From an uncultured Lachnospiraceae bacterium (GTDB lineage Bacteria; Bacillota; Clostridia; Lachnospirales; Lachnospiraceae): a DNA stretch of 64,000 nucleotides. A model generated the notes under the pieces. The model made no database searches. It had not been told where the DNA came from and saw nothing but the letters and a program-made list of their open reading frames with translations. The stretch covers positions 129 through 64,128 of the forward strand of contig CADBRV010000052.1 of NCBI GenBank assembly GCA_902797185.1, given 5' to 3'. Numbering within the stretch: position 1 is the first letter of the stretch; the number at the start of each line of letters is the position of its first letter. Made by a program: the position numbers and the translations under genes. Below are positions 1 to 8,886 of this stretch, one piece after another.

Positions 1-895
1 TCACCAGTAAAACTGCAACCGCTTCTATAAAGGAACTGAGCAGCTTCTCAAATTTATCGATGATGCCGGAAACCCCTCCGGTGATCTTGTTAAACGCTTT
101 TTCGATAATATTCCCGTCTTCATCGGATGCCTGGCCGGCGCTTTCCTGCAGGCTGGAAGACTGGTTTTCCGCCTCTTCGATCGTGTCGGAAATCGACTGG
201 TGGTAGGAATATTCTACCGCTCTGCATACTCCTGCGCTTGCCGGCACGATGAGGTAGAACGCAAAGCCGAGCAGCAGCGTCTTAACCGCGATCCTCTTCA
301 GGATGCCTGCCTTTTCCGGCTGCTCGTAAGGTATGATGTCATACTTTTCATCTGATCCACCGCTGCTGCCTGGCCCTTCCTGGGCGAAATCATCAACGAC
401 GAACCGGCGGCCTGTTTCGTCCCTGCTGCCTGGCCCTTCCAGCCTGTTCTCATCCAGATCCACTGCTTCTATTACAGAACCTTCCAGACCTGGTCCTTCC
501 CCGCTTCCTTGTTTAAAGAAATAAAATGCCAGCAGGGCACAGGAAAACGGCACCAGGATTACCGGCAGGAAAAATGTCATAAATCCGAAAAGAAATTTTT
601 CAATATAGATCGCAGCCAGGATTGCGACAAAATAGCCGCTTAAATCCGCCAGCTTGTCCGCAATCGGCGTCCCCACATCTCCCGGAATCACGGTGATTGC
701 TACAGATGCGACTGTAGAAGCCGTTGTCAGCCCGATCACTTCATTTCTTGAGGTTTCCAGATTGCTTTCCACCGGCTTTTCTATTGTATTGCTGCTTAAT
801 ATCCTTGCCCCCAAAGTGAGAGATAATACCGCTATCAGGATACAAAGAAGCACTTTGGTCCACTTTGCCTTTGCCCAATAATGTTTGTTTTCCAT
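1..895 (-). CDS. Membrane protein of unknown function (start codon in window, 3' end runs off the left edge)
   Basis: Absent from the ORF track because no stop codon is seen. ATG at 895-893 with GGAGGA SD (about 899-904). Hand translation stays open down to about nt 320; the remainder to nt 1 was not checked codon by codon. Product begins MENKHYWAKAKWTKVLLCILIAVLSL..., with several hydrophobic segments and LEGPGS/QEGPGS repeats. Confidence 0.55.
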   Translation of the reverse strand, partial: MENKHYWAKAKWTKVLLCILIAVLSLTLGARILSSNTIEKPVESNLETSRNEVIGLTTASTVASVAITVIPGDVGTPIADKLADLSGYFVAILAAIYIEKFLFGFMTFFLPVILVPFSCALLAFYFFKQGSGEGPGLEGSVIEAVDLDENRLEGPGSRDETGRRFVVDDFAQEGPGSSGGSDEKYDIIPYEQPEKAGILKRIAVKTLLLGFAFYLIVPASAGVCRAVEYSYHQSISDTIEEAENQSSSLQESAGQASDEDGNIIEKAFNKITGGVSGIIDKFEKLLSSFIEAVAVLLV

Positions 896-1111
896 ATATC
901 CTCCGATCACTCTATGCAGTTTCCGAATCCATGGTCTGCCTGTTTCCTAGAGATGCCATTGGTAGAATTCTATCACAAAACGCCCGTTGGTCTATTACGA
1001 TTCATCCCTTTCCGGAAAAAACAGGCATAAATGGATGGCTTACTGCACGAAAAAAGCTGCCCCATCCGCCAGGATAGGACAGCTTTGACCTTTGTGTTTG
1101 TTGTATTTCCC

Positions 1112-2470
1112 TTACTTCGTAATGACTTTCCGGTATTTCCACTTCCCGGTCAGGTAATAGATACCCATCAGGATCGTGGTGGTAAAGCCGGCAAGGGAAT
1201 TGCCCAGCCAGTACCCGGTCAGCCCCATCTGGGAACCAAGCAGCACGGCAAGGCCGATCCTGGCTACTACGCCGTCCATAATCCCGACAAACAAATCGAA
1301 GGACGCAAAACCAACGCCCTTGACCACGCAGTAAGGCACGTTCATGGTGCAGGCTGCCAGCAGCCAGAAAACCTGGATCTTGCAGTACAGCGGTGCCATT
1401 GCCAGAACCGCCGAATCGCTGGTAAACAGCCTAAACAGCGGCTTCGGCAGGAACAGGTAAATGCTGGCAATGACAGCAAACCAGATCATCTGGATAAAGA
1501 AACTGGAATGCACAACCTTTTTCACCCGGTCGATCTTTCCGGCAGCAAAGCTCTGGGCCACCATGGTGGACGATGCGATCGCGATCGCGCCGCAGACGAT
1601 ATTGACCACGGAAGCCATTTTATTCCCTACGGAATCCACGGCAGAGGCTGTGACGTTATAAAGGTTGACCCTGGAATTGACAAAAGCCAGGGAAGCCGTG
1701 ATCATCAGCATCTGGAAAACGCTCGGGATGCCCAGCCGGCAGAGGGATTTTGCCTGGTCCGGGTCAATCCGGAAAGCCTTCCTGGAAAAATGGAAGTTGG
1801 CGGCATCCTGGTGCCGGTATAAATAAACCATGGCAAAAAGGCAGGCCGCGCCCTGGGCAATCACCGTTGCGGCAGCGGCACCGCCGGCCCCTTTGTGCAG
1901 CGGGCCTACAAAAATAATGTCCAGGATCACGTTGATCATAGATGCAATGCCGACAAATACCATGGGCAGCTTGCTTTCCCCCATGCCTCGGAAAATCGCG
2001 CAGAGGGCATTGTATTCAAAGATGAAGATCATGCCGATGCTGCAGATCACCGTATAGCTGGAAGCCTGGGCAAAGGAGGCATCCGGCGTATTTAAAAACC
2101 CCAGCAGGAACTTATGCCCGAATATTCCAACCATTCCCAGCACAATGGCCATCAAAAATTCGATGGTTAAAAGCGTGCCGATGGATTTATCGATGCGGTC
2201 GCTCTTTATGCCTACCTGCTGGGAAATCACAACCTGTGCGCCACTTGCAAAGCCCATGCCGAAAGTCAGGAAAATCATCTGGATCTGCCCGCCAATGCCG
2301 ACGGCGGAAAGCCCGACGGAACCGACGAACTGCCCTACGACGATCATGTCCACCAGGTTATAAACTGCCTGGAGCGCGTTGGCCAGCATAATGGGCCACG
2401 CGAAGGACAGCATCGTAGAAATGACGGGGCCTTCTGACATGTCCCGTACCAATGTTTTTTGCTTGTCCAT
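1112..2470 (-). CDS. MATE family efflux transporter
   Basis: 467-aa ORF with a multi-TM profile. The N-terminal PIMLANALQAVYNLVDMIVVGQFVG signature is typical of MatE/NorM. Start placed at MDKQK (ATG 2470). Confidence 0.85.
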   Translation of the reverse strand: MDKQKTLVRDMSEGPVISTMLSFAWPIMLANALQAVYNLVDMIVVGQFVGSVGLSAVGIGGQIQMIFLTFGMGFASGAQVVISQQVGIKSDRIDKSIGTLLTIEFLMAIVLGMVGIFGHKFLLGFLNTPDASFAQASSYTVICSIGMIFIFEYNALCAIFRGMGESKLPMVFVGIASMINVILDIIFVGPLHKGAGGAAAATVIAQGAACLFAMVYLYRHQDAANFHFSRKAFRIDPDQAKSLCRLGIPSVFQMLMITASLAFVNSRVNLYNVTASAVDSVGNKMASVVNIVCGAIAIASSTMVAQSFAAGKIDRVKKVVHSSFFIQMIWFAVIASIYLFLPKPLFRLFTSDSAVLAMAPLYCKIQVFWLLAACTMNVPYCVVKGVGFASFDLFVGIMDGVVARIGLAVLLGSQMGLTGYWLGNSLAGFTTTILMGIYYLTGKWKYRKVITK

Positions 2471-2808
2471 GGGAAACCTTTCTTCTCGATCTGGAGAGAT
2501 GGCTGGAACTGCCATCCAAACTGATTGCGTGCTATGTTCTTTCTTTCTAATTCTAGCAATGTGTCATAGAAAAAACAATCTTTTTCCAGATATGGACACG
2601 CAGTTATCCACCCGTTTTTCCCATGGATCGATGCATTGTCCGGATTGATGTACCAGGCCTTTCCGGTAATGATCCCGGGCGATCTCTGCCTGGTATCCCT
2701 GCTCCTGGTACTTCAGAACGCGCCCTATCCAGCACCCCAACGCAATACCGCCTGTTATTGGAGGCTTTCCAATAACAGGCGATCCTACTGCATTCGTTAT
2801 CATCGTTT

Positions 2809-3972
2809 TTAGTTGCTTCCCGTGCTTACACCCCCACCGGAACCGGCAGAACCGTTTTCTGCCGCGGATGAGGCATCCGAAGAAAGCACTCCTTCCACCG
2901 CTTCACCCGGGAAGCAGCGCATCAGCCCGCAGTAGAAATACTGGTAGCTTTCCGAATAGCGGTGGTAATGCCCCGGCCATTCCGCATACATCAGGTTTCC
3001 GTTGGAAAAGCCGCTGGAAGTATAGACAAACATATCGTCATATTTTTCCAGCTCTTCAATCTGCTGGCGCACATACAGGTTGGTGTAGTCTTTTGTGCCG
3101 CAGGCGGCGTAAATATCGAAATCATCCGAAGTATACCCTTCGCTTTCCAGCGTGTCATAAAGGGCTTTCGTAGTGCCCTCGATATCCCCGTCATTGCTGT
3201 AATCAATGATCATGCTGAAGGGCATATAGTAGCGGAAATACTGGGTCTCTTTCCAAAGCATGTTCCAGGTAATGCAGGCGCCCATGGAAAAGCCGCCAAA
3301 AGCGCGGTGGTCCCGGGAGGCCTCCAGCCCGGCTTTATCCGTAGAATCCGCGTAGGTGTGGTAAGTGGATTCCACTAATGGCATCAGCGTTGTCGTCACT
3401 TCGTCGCACAGGGAGTTGATCATCTGCCCGTCGTCCGAATACCCCGGGGTAATGGTGGGCGCCACGATAATGACCGGCTGGATCACCTTGTCTTCGATCA
3501 TGTGGTCCACCACGTTAGTAAAAGTGCTCCTGTCTCCATCATCCCCGTTGCCCAGGAAGGTATACTGGGTGCCGCCCATCCCATGCATCAGGTAAAGTAC
3601 GTCATACTGGTTGGAATCAGAATACCCATAAGGCAGGTAGACCATGGCCTGCTTGGACTCGGCGTCACCGCTGGCCGTGGTATAGGTATAGTCCAGCTTT
3701 GTGACCTGTCCCTGCTGGTCTGCCTCCTGCTCATAATCGTCCGGGAAATTGGCGGTCTCGATGATGCCCACGTCCCCTTCAGCGGTATCCTGGATATCAT
3801 CATTTTCTTTTTCTTCCTCTGTCTTCTCGTCCGGCGCCGTCAGGTTTTCCTCCTTGCCGGCATCCGTTTTACCACCCGCACTGCTTCCTGTGCTGCTCCC
3901 GCACCCGGATAATAATGCAATCGCCAAAAGGGCCGCTAAGAAAAGCGCCCATGCTTTCCTCCCTTTTTTCAT
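2809..3972 (-). CDS. Secreted lipoprotein, alpha/beta-hydrolase 'putative esterase' family
   Basis: Lipobox LLSGC after MKKGRKAWALFLAALLAIA. YLMHGMGG and GFSMG (GxSxG) motifs are present. Start moved to ATG 3972 behind a GGAGGGGG SD. Confidence 0.7.
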   Translation of the reverse strand: MKKGRKAWALFLAALLAIALLSGCGSSTGSSAGGKTDAGKEENLTAPDEKTEEEKENDDIQDTAEGDVGIIETANFPDDYEQEADQQGQVTKLDYTYTTASGDAESKQAMVYLPYGYSDSNQYDVLYLMHGMGGTQYTFLGNGDDGDRSTFTNVVDHMIEDKVIQPVIIVAPTITPGYSDDGQMINSLCDEVTTTLMPLVESTYHTYADSTDKAGLEASRDHRAFGGFSMGACITWNMLWKETQYFRYYMPFSMIIDYSNDGDIEGTTKALYDTLESEGYTSDDFDIYAACGTKDYTNLYVRQQIEELEKYDDMFVYTSSGFSNGNLMYAEWPGHYHRYSESYQYFYCGLMRCFPGEAVEGVLSSDASSAAENGSAGSGGGVSTGSN

Positions 3973-4135
3973 ATTTCCCCCTCCTGCTGCCTTCTTGCAG
4001 GCCATGCCACATTCCTTCCGCCAGCACGCCTGTAAGTGCCTGCCACTAGTTCATTTCGGTATCCTTTCCATCAACCGCCGTCCCTTTTCCCCGACAGCTT
4101 GCCTGCCTGGAACAGATTTCTTTTTCCCGTTCCGT

Positions 4136-4702
4136 TTACCTCTCCTGCTTCGCCCACAAATAGCAGTATCCCTGGGTCCTGGCAGCAAAAGGTTCTTTGC
4201 GCATCAGATCCCGGATCTCTTCTGCCGTATACCAGCCGGCATGGATTTCTTCCATGGCGGAATCGCTCTCGCGGAAACTGCCCCCTGCAGTCCCCACCAG
4301 GACGACGGAGCTTTCATTGCTGATGCCGACGGCGGAATAGCTGTATCCCAGCGTATCTTCCACCGAAAGCAGGGTAAGCCCGGTTTCCTCCCGGAGCTCC
4401 CTTTTCCCGGCCTGGGCCACGCTCTCCCCTTTTTCAATGAGCCCTGCCGGGAAATTGTAAACCCAGCGCCCCATGGCCATGCGGAACTCCCGGTTCAGCA
4501 GGATCTTTTTCCCGCTTTCATCATGCAGGATCAGCACCACCGCGTCCGGCTTTTCATTGTGCAGCTCCTCATAGGTTTTCAAGTCGTGGTTCCGGCTGAC
4601 CATCTCGTAAGTCTTCTGCTGCCCGTCCTCTGTCTCATAATAAAGGTCATAATAATCTAAAAAAGCCCCGCTGTGGACTTTTTCCATGCCCTTATATTCC
4701 AT
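4136..4702 (-). CDS. NUDIX hydrolase (ADP-ribose pyrophosphatase-like)
   Basis: Complete Nudix box GLIEKGESVAQAGKRELREETGL (Gx5Ex7REx2EExG). GGAGGAAG SD lies upstream of ATG 4702. Confidence 0.8.
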   Translation of the reverse strand: MEYKGMEKVHSGAFLDYYDLYYETEDGQQKTYEMVSRNHDLKTYEELHNEKPDAVVLILHDESGKKILLNREFRMAMGRWVYNFPAGLIEKGESVAQAGKRELREETGLTLLSVEDTLGYSYSAVGISNESSVVLVGTAGGSFRESDSAMEEIHAGWYTAEEIRDLMRKEPFAARTQGYCYLWAKQER

Positions 4703-4729
4703 TTTCTTCCTCCATCCGGAGGGTCATTC

Positions 4730-4819
4730 TCAATCTTTGTGGTTTGCATAAATGACCCATACTACCAGCGCGACACAGAGTGCGCATAAAATCCATACTA
4801 CAACGCTTTTCCCCACCAT
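4730..4819 (-). CDS. Candidate 29-aa single-TM micropeptide
   Basis: Hand-found ORF: AGGAGG, 6 nt, then ATG. Product MVGKSVVVWILCALCVALVVWVIYANHKD*. It is below the ORF-track length cut-off. Confidence 0.35.
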   Translation of the reverse strand: MVGKSVVVWILCALCVALVVWVIYANHKD

Positions 4820-4857
4820 AAGCAGCCTCCTGTTTCCAGCTTTAACATAAAAAATTT

Positions 4858-4905
4858 TCGAAAAAGAAAAAGCCTCCTGTGGCAGATTATACCACAGAAG
4901 GCTTC
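4858..4905 (-). terminator. Rho-independent terminator of the metNIQ operon
   Basis: Minus strand reads AAGCCTTCTGTGG-tataatctg-CCACAGGAGGCTT followed by TTTTCTTTTT. Confidence 0.75.
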
Positions 4906-4937
4906 CCTATCTCTTTTTTTCGGCCATTCCCTTCCAA

Positions 4938-5090
4938 GATTACTCTACGGTATAAGGAACGGCAGGACCTTTGGCCCGCGCTTTTCCTTCCGGATTACTC
5001 TCCAGTGTAAGGTACGGCAAACCCTCTGGCCCGTGTTTCCCCTATCGGATTACTCTCCGGTGTACGGTACTACAGAGCCCTTGAATGTCT
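4938..5090. repeat. Three tandem ~55-bp copies of the metQ 3' end (two degenerate copies downstream of the real stop)
   Basis: gattactct(a/c)c(g/a)gt(a/g)ta(a/c)gg.ac starts at 4938, 4993 and 5048, a period of 55. The third copy encodes the real C-terminus VVPYTGE* of metQ. Confidence 0.7.
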
Positions 5091-6027
5091 CATTCATCCA
5101 TTCCTGGGTTGCCGGTGCTTTCAGCACGGATACCAGGGCTTTGATCTCCGGCTTGTCTTCGTTGCCGCTCTTGACAGCGATGACATTGACATAGTCCTGT
5201 GCTGCTTCGGAATCCTGCTTTTCGTATGCAAGGGCGTCGTTCGCTGCGTCCAGCCCGGCTTCCTGTGCATAGTTGCCGTTCAGTACGACATAAGCCACTT
5301 CGTTCATGACACGGGAAACCTGTGCTGCTTCCAGCTCTTCCAGTTTCAGGTTGTACGGGTTGTCTTCGATGTCATTTACGGTAGCGGTGATGCCGACGCC
5401 GTCCTTAAGCTTGATCAGGCCGTTGTCCTGCAGAAGGAGCAGTGCACGGGCTTCGTTGGTAGTATCATTCGGAATGGCGATGGTGTCGCCGTCAGCGACA
5501 TCATCCAGGCTGTCCTTGGTTCCCGGATAGATGCCAAACGGTTCATAGTGGATCTTTCCGGCGATGGCCAGGTCCGTACCCTGCTCTTCGTTGAAGTCGT
5601 TCAGATATACGACATGCTGGAAGTAGTTGGCGTCAAATTCGCCCTGGTCTACTACGGTGTTCGGCTGTACGTAATCTTCAAATTCCTGGATATCCAGGGT
5701 GATGCCTTCTTCTTTCAGGATCGGGGCAACATGCTCGAGGATCTCAGCGTGCGGGGTCGGGGAAGCGGCGATCTTGATGGTGACAGGGTCGCCTGTGTAG
5801 ATGTAATCTCCCATGGTGTCAGCATCTGCGCTGGCAGAACCGGATGCTGTTACAGCGCTGCCGCTGGCGGAACCGGATGCGTCTGCGGATACAGGAGCTG
5901 CTCCGGATGCTGTGCCGGATGCGGATGCTGCTCCGGATGCGCTGGAAGATGCCGTGCTTCCGCAGCCCGCGATCATGCTGGCTGCCAGGGCACCTGTCAT
6001 AAGTGCCGCGATCAGTTTCTTTTTCAT
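5050..6027 (-). CDS. metQ: Methionine ABC transporter substrate-binding lipoprotein (MetQ/NlpA family)
   Basis: Lipobox MIAGC followed by a long S/A/G linker and an NlpA-type body (IKIAASPTPHAEILEHV...). Located directly downstream of metN and metI. Confidence 0.85.
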   Translation of the reverse strand: MKKKLIAALMTGALAASMIAGCGSTASSSASGAASASGTASGAAPVSADASGSASGSAVTASGSASADADTMGDYIYTGDPVTIKIAASPTPHAEILEHVAPILKEEGITLDIQEFEDYVQPNTVVDQGEFDANYFQHVVYLNDFNEEQGTDLAIAGKIHYEPFGIYPGTKDSLDDVADGDTIAIPNDTTNEARALLLLQDNGLIKLKDGVGITATVNDIEDNPYNLKLEELEAAQVSRVMNEVAYVVLNGNYAQEAGLDAANDALAYEKQDSEAAQDYVNVIAVKSGNEDKPEIKALVSVLKAPATQEWMNETFKGSVVPYTGE

Positions 6028-6349
6028 AACCTCTTTTTTCTCCTTTTCTCTTTTTTCCTTCCATCTTCTTCCTAACCTTATCCCTTGGAAGACGATGGGG
6101 CAGCCGTGCCTGCGCGCAAATCGCGCATCATCATGGCATGGCTTTTTTTGTTACTCCCGCCAAATACAGCGGACTTCCCACATAATGTGGTCTATCTCCA
6201 CATTCCGAAGAATGAAGACAGCTGGATTATGCCCACGGTCCAATCTCTGCGGTTCCCCTGGACGCGGAAAATCCTGCTTGGACAGAATAGGACATCACCT
6301 GTCATTTTCCTTTGACAGAAGAGGGATATCCCTGCCAAAAAACGGGCTT

Positions 6350-7012
6350 CTATTTCTTCCTCTTGTCCAGTTTCGAGGCAATGGCGTTGCCGATCAGCTG
6401 GAAGATCTGGACCAGGACAACCAGCAGGATGACCGTTACGATCATGATATCCGCCTGGTAACGGTAGTAGCCATAACGGATGGCGATATCGCCCAGCCCG
6501 CCGCCACCGGTGACACCGGCCATGGCCGTGTAGCCCAGGATGGTGCCCATGGAAATCGTAGCCCCGGAAATCAGGGATACGCGGGATTCCAAAAGCTTGA
6601 CATGGAAAATAATATCCATGGTCGTAGCCCCCATGGACTGGGCCGCTTCAATGACGCCTGTATCCACTTCCTTTAAGGAGCTTTCCACCATTCGCGCGAT
6701 CATCGGCGCCGCGGAAATCACCAGCGGCACGATGGTAGCCGTAGGACCATAGGATTTGCCTACTAACAGCCTGGTAAAAGGCTGGATGGCGATCAAAAGG
6801 ATCAGGAACGGGATGGAACGCAGGATGTTTGCCGATACGTCCAGTACCCGGTATACGGCACGGTTCGGGCGGATCCCATCCGCCGCGGTAATATCCAGTG
6901 CCACGCCCCAAGGAAGGCCCAGCACATAGCCGATCACCGTACCCACCAATGTCATGTAAAGGGTTTCACCGATCCCCTTTACAATCATCATAATGACTTC
7001 AGGCGTCCACAT
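6350..7012 (-). CDS. metI: Methionine ABC transporter permease
   Basis: 220 aa, about 5 TM helices, with a BPD-transporter EAA-like region (EAAQSMGATTMDIIFHV). Overlaps the metN stop codon. Confidence 0.85.
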   Translation of the reverse strand: MWTPEVIMMIVKGIGETLYMTLVGTVIGYVLGLPWGVALDITAADGIRPNRAVYRVLDVSANILRSIPFLILLIAIQPFTRLLVGKSYGPTATIVPLVISAAPMIARMVESSLKEVDTGVIEAAQSMGATTMDIIFHVKLLESRVSLISGATISMGTILGYTAMAGVTGGGGLGDIAIRYGYYRYQADIMIVTVILLVVLVQIFQLIGNAIASKLDKRKK

Positions 7013-8045
7013 TGCCCGCCACCTCCTCTACTTCCAGGCCGTGCCCTTTCAGGTAAGTAATAATCCTGGCCTGTGCTTCTTCGCCGGAGGGAAGCCCCAG
7101 GATCATCTGCCCCCGGGCAACCCCGCCCACATCCTTGGTATCCGCAAAAAGGATGTTCACCGGCGTCTTTGTGGCAAGGACCATATTGGCAATAACAGGC
7201 TCATAGGAGGAATTAGCGGAAAAGACGATGCGGAGCCGCCTGCTTTCATGCAGCTCGTGGACTTCCTGCTTCTCTGCCTCCGCTTCCCACTCGTCCGGGT
7301 CCCTGCCCTCGATGACCAGCATCTTGGCGGCCCTGGACTTGGGGTGTACGAAGATTTCCTCCACCAGCCCTTTTTCCGCTATCTGCCCGTTTTCCAGGAT
7401 CGCCACATGGTGGCAGATTTCCCGGACCACGGACATCTGGTGGGTGATAATGATGATGGTGATGCCCATCTCCTGGTTGATCTTCTTTAAAAGCTGCAGG
7501 ATGGAATTGGTCGTCTGCGGGTCCAGCGCGCTGGTCGCCTCGTCGCAGAGCAGGATCTTCGGCTGCAGGGCCAGTGCCCTCGCAATCGCCACCCTCTGCT
7601 GCTGCCCGCCGGACAGCTGCGCCGGGTAAGATGTCTCTTTACTGGACAGCCCTACCATTTCCAGCAGGGACTTTGCACATGCCACCGCGTCCTGCTTTTT
7701 CACCCCATGGATCACCATGGGGAAGCAGACGTTATCCAATACGTTTTTCTGCATCAAAAGGTTAAAGCCTTGGAAGATCATCCCGATCTGGGTACGCTCT
7801 TCCCTCAGCTCCTTTTCGGAAAGCTGGTCCAGCTGCTTCCCCCGGACCGTCACTTTCCCTTCTGTTGGCACTTCCAAAAAATTGAGACAGCGCACCAGGG
7901 TGCTCTTCCCTGCTCCGGACATGCCGATAATCCCATAGATATCCCCCTCTTCGATCTGGAGGTTGATATCCTTCAGTGCCTGGACTTCCCGGTCCGCTGT
8001 CTGAAATCTTTTCGAAAGGCCTTGTACTTCAATTACATTTGCCAT
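6999..8045 (-). CDS. metN: Methionine ABC transporter ATP-binding protein with C-terminal NIL domain
   Basis: Walker A GMSGAGKST, signature LSGGQQQRV and Walker B ILLCDEATSALD. The C-terminal part resembles the NIL domain. Start set at MANVIEV (ATG 8045) behind GGAAGGAAG. Confidence 0.9.
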   Translation of the reverse strand: MANVIEVQGLSKRFQTADREVQALKDINLQIEEGDIYGIIGMSGAGKSTLVRCLNFLEVPTEGKVTVRGKQLDQLSEKELREERTQIGMIFQGFNLLMQKNVLDNVCFPMVIHGVKKQDAVACAKSLLEMVGLSSKETSYPAQLSGGQQQRVAIARALALQPKILLCDEATSALDPQTTNSILQLLKKINQEMGITIIIITHQMSVVREICHHVAILENGQIAEKGLVEEIFVHPKSRAAKMLVIEGRDPDEWEAEAEKQEVHELHESRRLRIVFSANSSYEPVIANMVLATKTPVNILFADTKDVGGVARGQMILGLPSGEEAQARIITYLKGHGLEVEEVAGNVDA

Positions 8046-8075
8046 TCGAGCTTCCTTCCCCAACGATAAATTCTC

Positions 8076-8100
8076 TATTCATACTAGCCCAGTATGAATA
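8076..8100 (-). promoter_or_regulatory. Perfect 10-bp inverted repeat in the metN 5' leader (operator or RNA hairpin)
   Basis: TATTCATACT-agccc-AGTATGAATA, about 30 nt upstream of the metN start codon. Confidence 0.4.
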
Positions 8101-8280
8101 ATATGAAACGTTAGAATGTCATGCTATTATATAATATTTATAAAAAAATGTCAGCAGGATTTTCACAATTTGGACACAAATCCGCCCATTTCCTGCCGGG
8201 CAACTGGCTCATCCTTCCAAAAAGGGCTGCCATCAGCCGGATTTTTCGTAAAACACTCTGTGGCCGTCCGGTACGAGCCG

Positions 8281-8883
8281 TTAATCCGGCTCGTATTTTG
8301 CCTCCAGCTCGAAGATCACCCGGCGGGCGATTTCAGCTTTCGGCAGAGCTTCGTCCATTGCCTCCGCTTCCAGGTAATGGTGCGCCTCGTCTTCTGTCAT
8401 ATGCTGGTATTCAATCAAAAGGCACTTCGCGCGGGAAATGACCCCCGCGTCCTCCAGCTTCCTCCTGAGCTTCTCATTACTTTCCATGAGGCTGGTGACC
8501 TTCTTCTGCATCACAAGGATCATCTGGACAGCTTCCAGGAACTGCTCCTTGCGAAGGGGGCGGGACATGACGAAAATCCCGCTGCCCTGGGTCTTATAAC
8601 AGACCTGGGAGTAGCTTTCCTGTTTGACGATCAGGAGGATCCCCGTGTCCTGCTTATGGGCGGACAGGCTGATGGCCGTTTCCACCCCCGCCTCATCCGG
8701 CAGGGGGGTATTGATGGCAAGGACATCTACCCGGTTGGAAGAGAGAAGCTGGCGCGCTTTTGCCATGGTCGGGGCATGCAGCACCTCGGTGAACTGGGCG
8801 CCGACGATGCTCCTTAAGATTTTAAATGTATTCTCACTTTCCGCAGCGATTAACAGGCTGCTTTTCCTTCGGGATACGCCCAT
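8281..8883 (-). CDS. ANTAR-domain RNA-binding antiterminator with a degenerate (pseudo-)receiver domain
   Basis: C-terminal ANTAR-like helices RAKCLLIEYQHMTEDEAHHYLEAEAMDEALPKAEIARRVI. The N-terminal receiver fold lacks the DD pair (LLIAAESE), the phospho-Asp (VLAINTP, Asn58) and the conserved Lys (MSRP). Confidence 0.75.
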   Translation of the reverse strand: MGVSRRKSSLLIAAESENTFKILRSIVGAQFTEVLHAPTMAKARQLLSSNRVDVLAINTPLPDEAGVETAISLSAHKQDTGILLIVKQESYSQVCYKTQGSGIFVMSRPLRKEQFLEAVQMILVMQKKVTSLMESNEKLRRKLEDAGVISRAKCLLIEYQHMTEDEAHHYLEAEAMDEALPKAEIARRVIFELEAKYEPD

Positions 8884-8886
8884 GCA

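Noticed and set aside
1031-1822. 263-aa plus-strand ORF
   Set aside because: It is antisense to the MATE transporter gene and has no SD or motifs.
2564-2803. 79-aa minus-strand ORF between the esterase stop and the MATE start
   Set aside because: There is no convincing SD (the nearest purine run is about 14 nt away) and no recognisable family or hydrophobic pattern. It may be real, but I cannot support it.
8219-8238. Weak hairpin GGCTG-n4-CAGCC plus CTTTTT downstream of the ANTAR gene as its terminator
   Set aside because: The stem is only 5 bp. This is plausible but too weak to list as a feature.
8046-8280. Expected SAM-I (S-box) riboswitch or Met T-box upstream of metN
   Set aside because: I could not find the conserved cores (…GGCAACC…, AGAGA/T-box 14-mer) on the mRNA strand by eye. 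This needs a covariance-model scan before it is excluded.
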